This document shows positions 60,777 through 64,000 of a stretch of DNA of 64,000 bases, piece by piece (position 1 is the first letter of the stretch; every line of letters starts with the position of its first letter). Source of the stretch: Gammaproteobacteria bacterium (GTDB taxonomy: Bacteria > Pseudomonadota > Gammaproteobacteria > Ga0077536); contig JACPPA010000033.1 in NCBI GenBank assembly GCA_016191285.1, forward strand, positions 137,736 through 201,735, given 5' to 3'. The notes beneath the pieces are model-generated. The model searched no databases. It was not told the origin of the DNA and saw nothing but the letters and a program-made list of their open reading frames with translations. The translations under genes were made by a program, and so were the position numbers.

Positions 60777-61442
60777 GTGAGGACTAACAACGATTCGGTC
60801 ATTCGAACCGGCGATTCGTCGCTCCGGCGCGCGGCGCGTATGGCGCCCGACGCGCGCCGCGAACATTTATTGCGTGCGGCCATCCGTGTGTTTGCCGCTA
60901 AGGGCATTGGTGACGCACGTCATACGGATTTAGCGCACGAGGCCGGCGTGGCGGTCCCGACGACCTTTCACTACTACCCCACCAAGGCCGACTTACAAAG
61001 CGCCGTACTCAATCAGATCTCGCGCTTCCTACTCGAAGACATCGTCGCGCCGCAGTTGGCGAGCGCGGCGTCCGCCCCTGAGCTGATAGAAAATATTTTG
61101 ATGACGTTTTGCGACGCAATCGACGCCAACCCCGATCACATCCGCGTCTGGCTCGAATGGAGCGTCTCGATCCGCGACGGCCTATGGGATTCCTATCTGG
61201 TGTTTTATCGCAAGGCGTTAACGATAATCGGCGGCTTGATTGCACGTGGCCAAGCCGACGGCGCAATAAAGCCGCATATCGACACTGAAGACGCCGCGCG
61301 TGTGCTCGTCGGCCTGGCGCACATGATCGTGCAGATGAAGTTCGCGGGTAGCACACGCGCCCAAGTCATCCATACCGTGCACTCGCTGGTGCAAGGTTAT
61401 CTTGAAGCACATCCAACCCCAAGCGAGCACGCTAACAATTAG
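60777..61442 (+). CDS. TetR family transcriptional regulator
   Basis: N-terminal HTH (REHLLRAAIRVFAAKGIGDARHTDLAHEAGVAVPTTFHYYPTK). Confidence 0.8.
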   Translation: MRTNNDSVIRTGDSSLRRAARMAPDARREHLLRAAIRVFAAKGIGDARHTDLAHEAGVAVPTTFHYYPTKADLQSAVLNQISRFLLEDIVAPQLASAASAPELIENILMTFCDAIDANPDHIRVWLEWSVSIRDGLWDSYLVFYRKALTIIGGLIARGQADGAIKPHIDTEDAARVLVGLAHMIVQMKFAGSTRAQVIHTVHSLVQGYLEAHPTPSEHANN

Positions 61443-61456
61443 CCAGGAGTCTTGAT

Positions 61457-62188
61457 ATGCATGCTGGATACCTAGAGCAAATGCGCAACGTGGAACTCGC
61501 GCCGGAGCGGCGGGCGTTTCTGCGCGGCCTGGGCACAATCGCGCTTGCTGCGGCGGGTGCTAGCGCCTTCGCAAACAACTCGACCCCCACGGGCTTCAAA
61601 GGCAGCGGGCGCATGAACATCGCGAGTGGCGAGGACTGGATCGATACGTTTTTCAACGGCGGCGCGGAAGCGATCATCCACTACTACGCCGACGAATTCG
61701 TGTTCGAAGATATCACGCTATTCCAGACCATCAATACCAAGGAAGATCTCTATCGCGCGTTCCTTCCTTTCAACAACGCGGGCCCCGATTCACCGGCCGG
61801 CGTGCATCAATTCGACGTCGTTCGTTACGACGGGGGTCTCGCCTCCGACATGCGTGGGATCAAGCGCCAAGGCGTGCCCGAGAACTACACGCCCGAGCTA
61901 TGGCATGATCTGACCAAGGATGTGCTGCTTGGCGCCGAATTTGATTACGAGGAGTGGGCGGTCATGAACTGGATCTGGAAGGCCAAACACAATATGGATT
62001 TCCTGGGGCTGCCAGCCAAAGGCAAAACCACCCATACGCGCGGCACGACGTTTCATATGTACAAGAATCGCAAAATCGTTCGCGAATTTACTTTCTGGAA
62101 TTTCCGCCATGTCGCAATCCAGCTCGGCGCTCTCGAGCCGCAGGTCAAGTTTTGGCTGAAGGATTTCAAGCCACCTGCGGCGAAATAA
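61457..62188 (+). CDS. Tat-signal exported protein, possibly NTF2-like / SnoaL-like fold
   Basis: Twin-arginine motif RRAFLRG plus AAGASAFA cleavage region. The rest is unassigned. Confidence 0.5.
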   Translation: MHAGYLEQMRNVELAPERRAFLRGLGTIALAAAGASAFANNSTPTGFKGSGRMNIASGEDWIDTFFNGGAEAIIHYYADEFVFEDITLFQTINTKEDLYRAFLPFNNAGPDSPAGVHQFDVVRYDGGLASDMRGIKRQGVPENYTPELWHDLTKDVLLGAEFDYEEWAVMNWIWKAKHNMDFLGLPAKGKTTHTRGTTFHMYKNRKIVREFTFWNFRHVAIQLGALEPQVKFWLKDFKPPAAK

Positions 62189-62237
62189 AAGGCACCAAGG
62201 GAAGTGTGGTCGCGACTCTGCTGTGCGCGGCCAAGGC

Positions 62238-62696
62238 TCAAGTGGATTGGTACCCTTTCGGATATTGAATGAATTCAAACAAGATGCCGAGAATTGAGGC
62301 CGGATGCGAAAACGTGAATTGGATATCATCCGAAAACGCGCGGCCCGCGTAATCCACACCGTTTAGCTGCTGACGCATCGGAGCGTCGCCGACGAAGCGC
62401 ACGGCTTTCTTACGCAGTGTGCTCATGGTGTCTGCGAGATCGTCCACGGCAAACGCAATGTGGTGTAGTCCTTCGCCGCGCTTCTTGATGAAGTCCGCGA
62501 TAATGCCACTGTCGGCGGTAGGCTCCATCAATTCGAAGTCAATCTTGCCCACGCGACACATGCGATAGCGCATCGCATAGTCAGCGACTTCGGTAACGTC
62601 GCCGACGGTGGCACTAAATAACGTGACCAGCAATTGTGTCGCCTGATTTAAATCGCGCACTGCCACCCCGATTTCTGTAATGCGTTGGATATCCAT
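62238..62696 (-). CDS. VOC family protein (glyoxalase / methylmalonyl-CoA-epimerase-like)
   Basis: Paired beta-alpha-beta-beta-beta modules with a metal-ligand-like GLHHIAFAV motif. Confidence 0.75.
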   Translation of the reverse strand: MDIQRITEIGVAVRDLNQATQLLVTLFSATVGDVTEVADYAMRYRMCRVGKIDFELMEPTADSGIIADFIKKRGEGLHHIAFAVDDLADTMSTLRKKAVRFVGDAPMRQQLNGVDYAGRAFSDDIQFTFSHPASILGILFEFIQYPKGYQST

Positions 62697-62988
62697 GCGT
62701 CACGCTCTCTTTCGTGTTGTATCTCATTCGGAGACGAAATCGGACAATCGCACACACGCCCGCGGAAAATCTTCTTGGAAACTTGCATGACAGTGCATAC
62801 CAAACGCGTTCATTCAAAATGACTAACGCCCTGCCCTACCCACTACGTTGTCGGCGCCTTAGCTTAGCGCCCGCGGATCGCTGAGCGTCAGTTTATCGAC
62901 TTTGGCCAAGGCCGGTGCGCTTGTTATGTGCCGGATTGAACTCTACCATGTGTAATACATACGATAAGTGTACACACGGGGTGTAGCG

Positions 62989-63183
62989 ATGAGAACCAAT
63001 ATTGTTATAGACGACAAGCTCATTTCCGCGGCAATCAAAGCTACTGGCGCCAGCTCCAAGAAAGAGGCCGTCGAGCTCGGCCTGAAAGCCCTGGTCCAGT
63101 TAAAAAGGCAGGAGTCCATCCGTGGAATGCGCGGCAAATTGAAGTGGCGCGATGATTTGGACCGGATGCGCCTTGATCCATGA
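62989..63183 (+). CDS. vapB: VapB-type antitoxin
   Basis: MRTNIVIDDKLI... sequence typical of the VapB partner of PIN toxins. 4-bp overlap with vapC. Confidence 0.7.
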   Translation: MRTNIVIDDKLISAAIKATGASSKKEAVELGLKALVQLKRQESIRGMRGKLKWRDDLDRMRLDP

Positions 63184-63581
63184 TCTTGGTAGATTCCAGC
63201 GTCTGGGTCGATTACTTCAATGGTACGGCATCTAGCGAAACGGATTTTCTCGATGCCGCGCTTGGTGCCGAGCCCATTGCAATTGGAGATTTGATTTTAG
63301 TCGAAGTGCTACAAGGCTTTCGAAGTAACTCAGATTACGATACCGCAAAGGCCTTGCTCCTGAACCTGACTTGTTTCGATTTACTCGGTACCAAAATCGC
63401 AATCAAGGCTGCGTATAACTATCGAACGCTGCGTCGGCGAGGCGTTACGGTCAGAAAAACTGTTGATTGCATCATCGCGACGTTTTGTATCGAGCGCAAT
63501 ATTCCTCTCCTCTACACCGATCGCGACTTTAACCCGTTCGTGAAGAGCCTCGGGCTTATCTCTGCTCTTCGTGGCCCATAA
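63180..63581 (+). CDS. vapC: VapC PIN-domain toxin
   Basis: MILVDSSVWVDYF with PIN acidic residues. Confidence 0.8.
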   Translation: MILVDSSVWVDYFNGTASSETDFLDAALGAEPIAIGDLILVEVLQGFRSNSDYDTAKALLLNLTCFDLLGTKIAIKAAYNYRTLRRRGVTVRKTVDCIIATFCIERNIPLLYTDRDFNPFVKSLGLISALRGP

Positions 63582-64000
63582 CGCTCGCGGTGACCTGCGC
63601 CGGCCGCTGCACTAGTCTCGCGCAGCGCCACCGCGTATTTCCCGGCGTCAGTTCGATGCGCTGATTAAAACGCTCGTTCATTTTCGAATGAGTGTTTTCT
63701 AATTTGGAATTGAATTCCATACCGCAACGATTACTTGATTTTCTCCCCTGCCCATCTTTGCCCTAGCACGGTGGCCGAGAACTCCTATGGACCTCAGCTC
63801 TCAGTAGACCACATTAGTATGTACGCCAGTACCGATAGCGAAACTCGCAAGTATTGCGACGAATCAAAAGGCATTCGTGGAATATCTTATCCACCACCGT
63901 TCATTCATGGCCAATTGATCCCAAAACGGCCGGTAAAAAATACAAAGGCGATCGGGCTACCTCCAACGGTAGCTAAGATCACCTGCGACAATTGCATGTG

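Overview
This is a GC-rich gammaproteobacterial chromosomal window, about 85% coding. It has four parts: (i) a partial cytochrome b561 gene at the 5' edge (1-442, - strand), then an L,D-transpeptidase, a DUF302 gene and an unusual MotA/TolQ/ExbB-family gene followed by three small membrane-protein genes, two of them tandem paralogs (2042-4517). (ii) the conserved housekeeping supercluster on the minus strand (tilS-accA-dnaE-rnhB-lpxB-lpxA-fabZ-[no lpxD]-skp-bamA-rseP-dxr-cdsA-uppS-frr-pyrH-tsf-rpsB), followed on the plus strand by map, glnD and a translationally coupled mutH. (iii) an accessory/defense island at about 33.3-46.6 kb: MNT/HepT toxin-antitoxin, a zinc-ribbon/adenylyl-cyclase/STAND-ATPase/TPR gene interrupted by an in-frame TAG inside a 14-bp x3 tandem repeat, an SDR, and a type I R-M operon hsdR-DUF559-hsdS-fic-hsdM carrying a family of G/C-run palindromic elements, one inserted in-frame in hsdS. 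(iv) a catabolic-looking region (four LLM-family oxidoreductases, acyl-CoA dehydrogenase, enoyl-CoA hydratase, Fe-ADH, surE, hydrolases, orphan COX III/IV-like pair, P450+TetR, VOC) ending with vapBC. Two REP-like repeat families punctuate the intergenic regions. The best candidate for an undescribed system is the MotA-like four-gene module at 2.0-4.5 kb. The most unusual sequence-level features are the interrupted cyclase/STAND gene and the palindrome-bearing hsdS.
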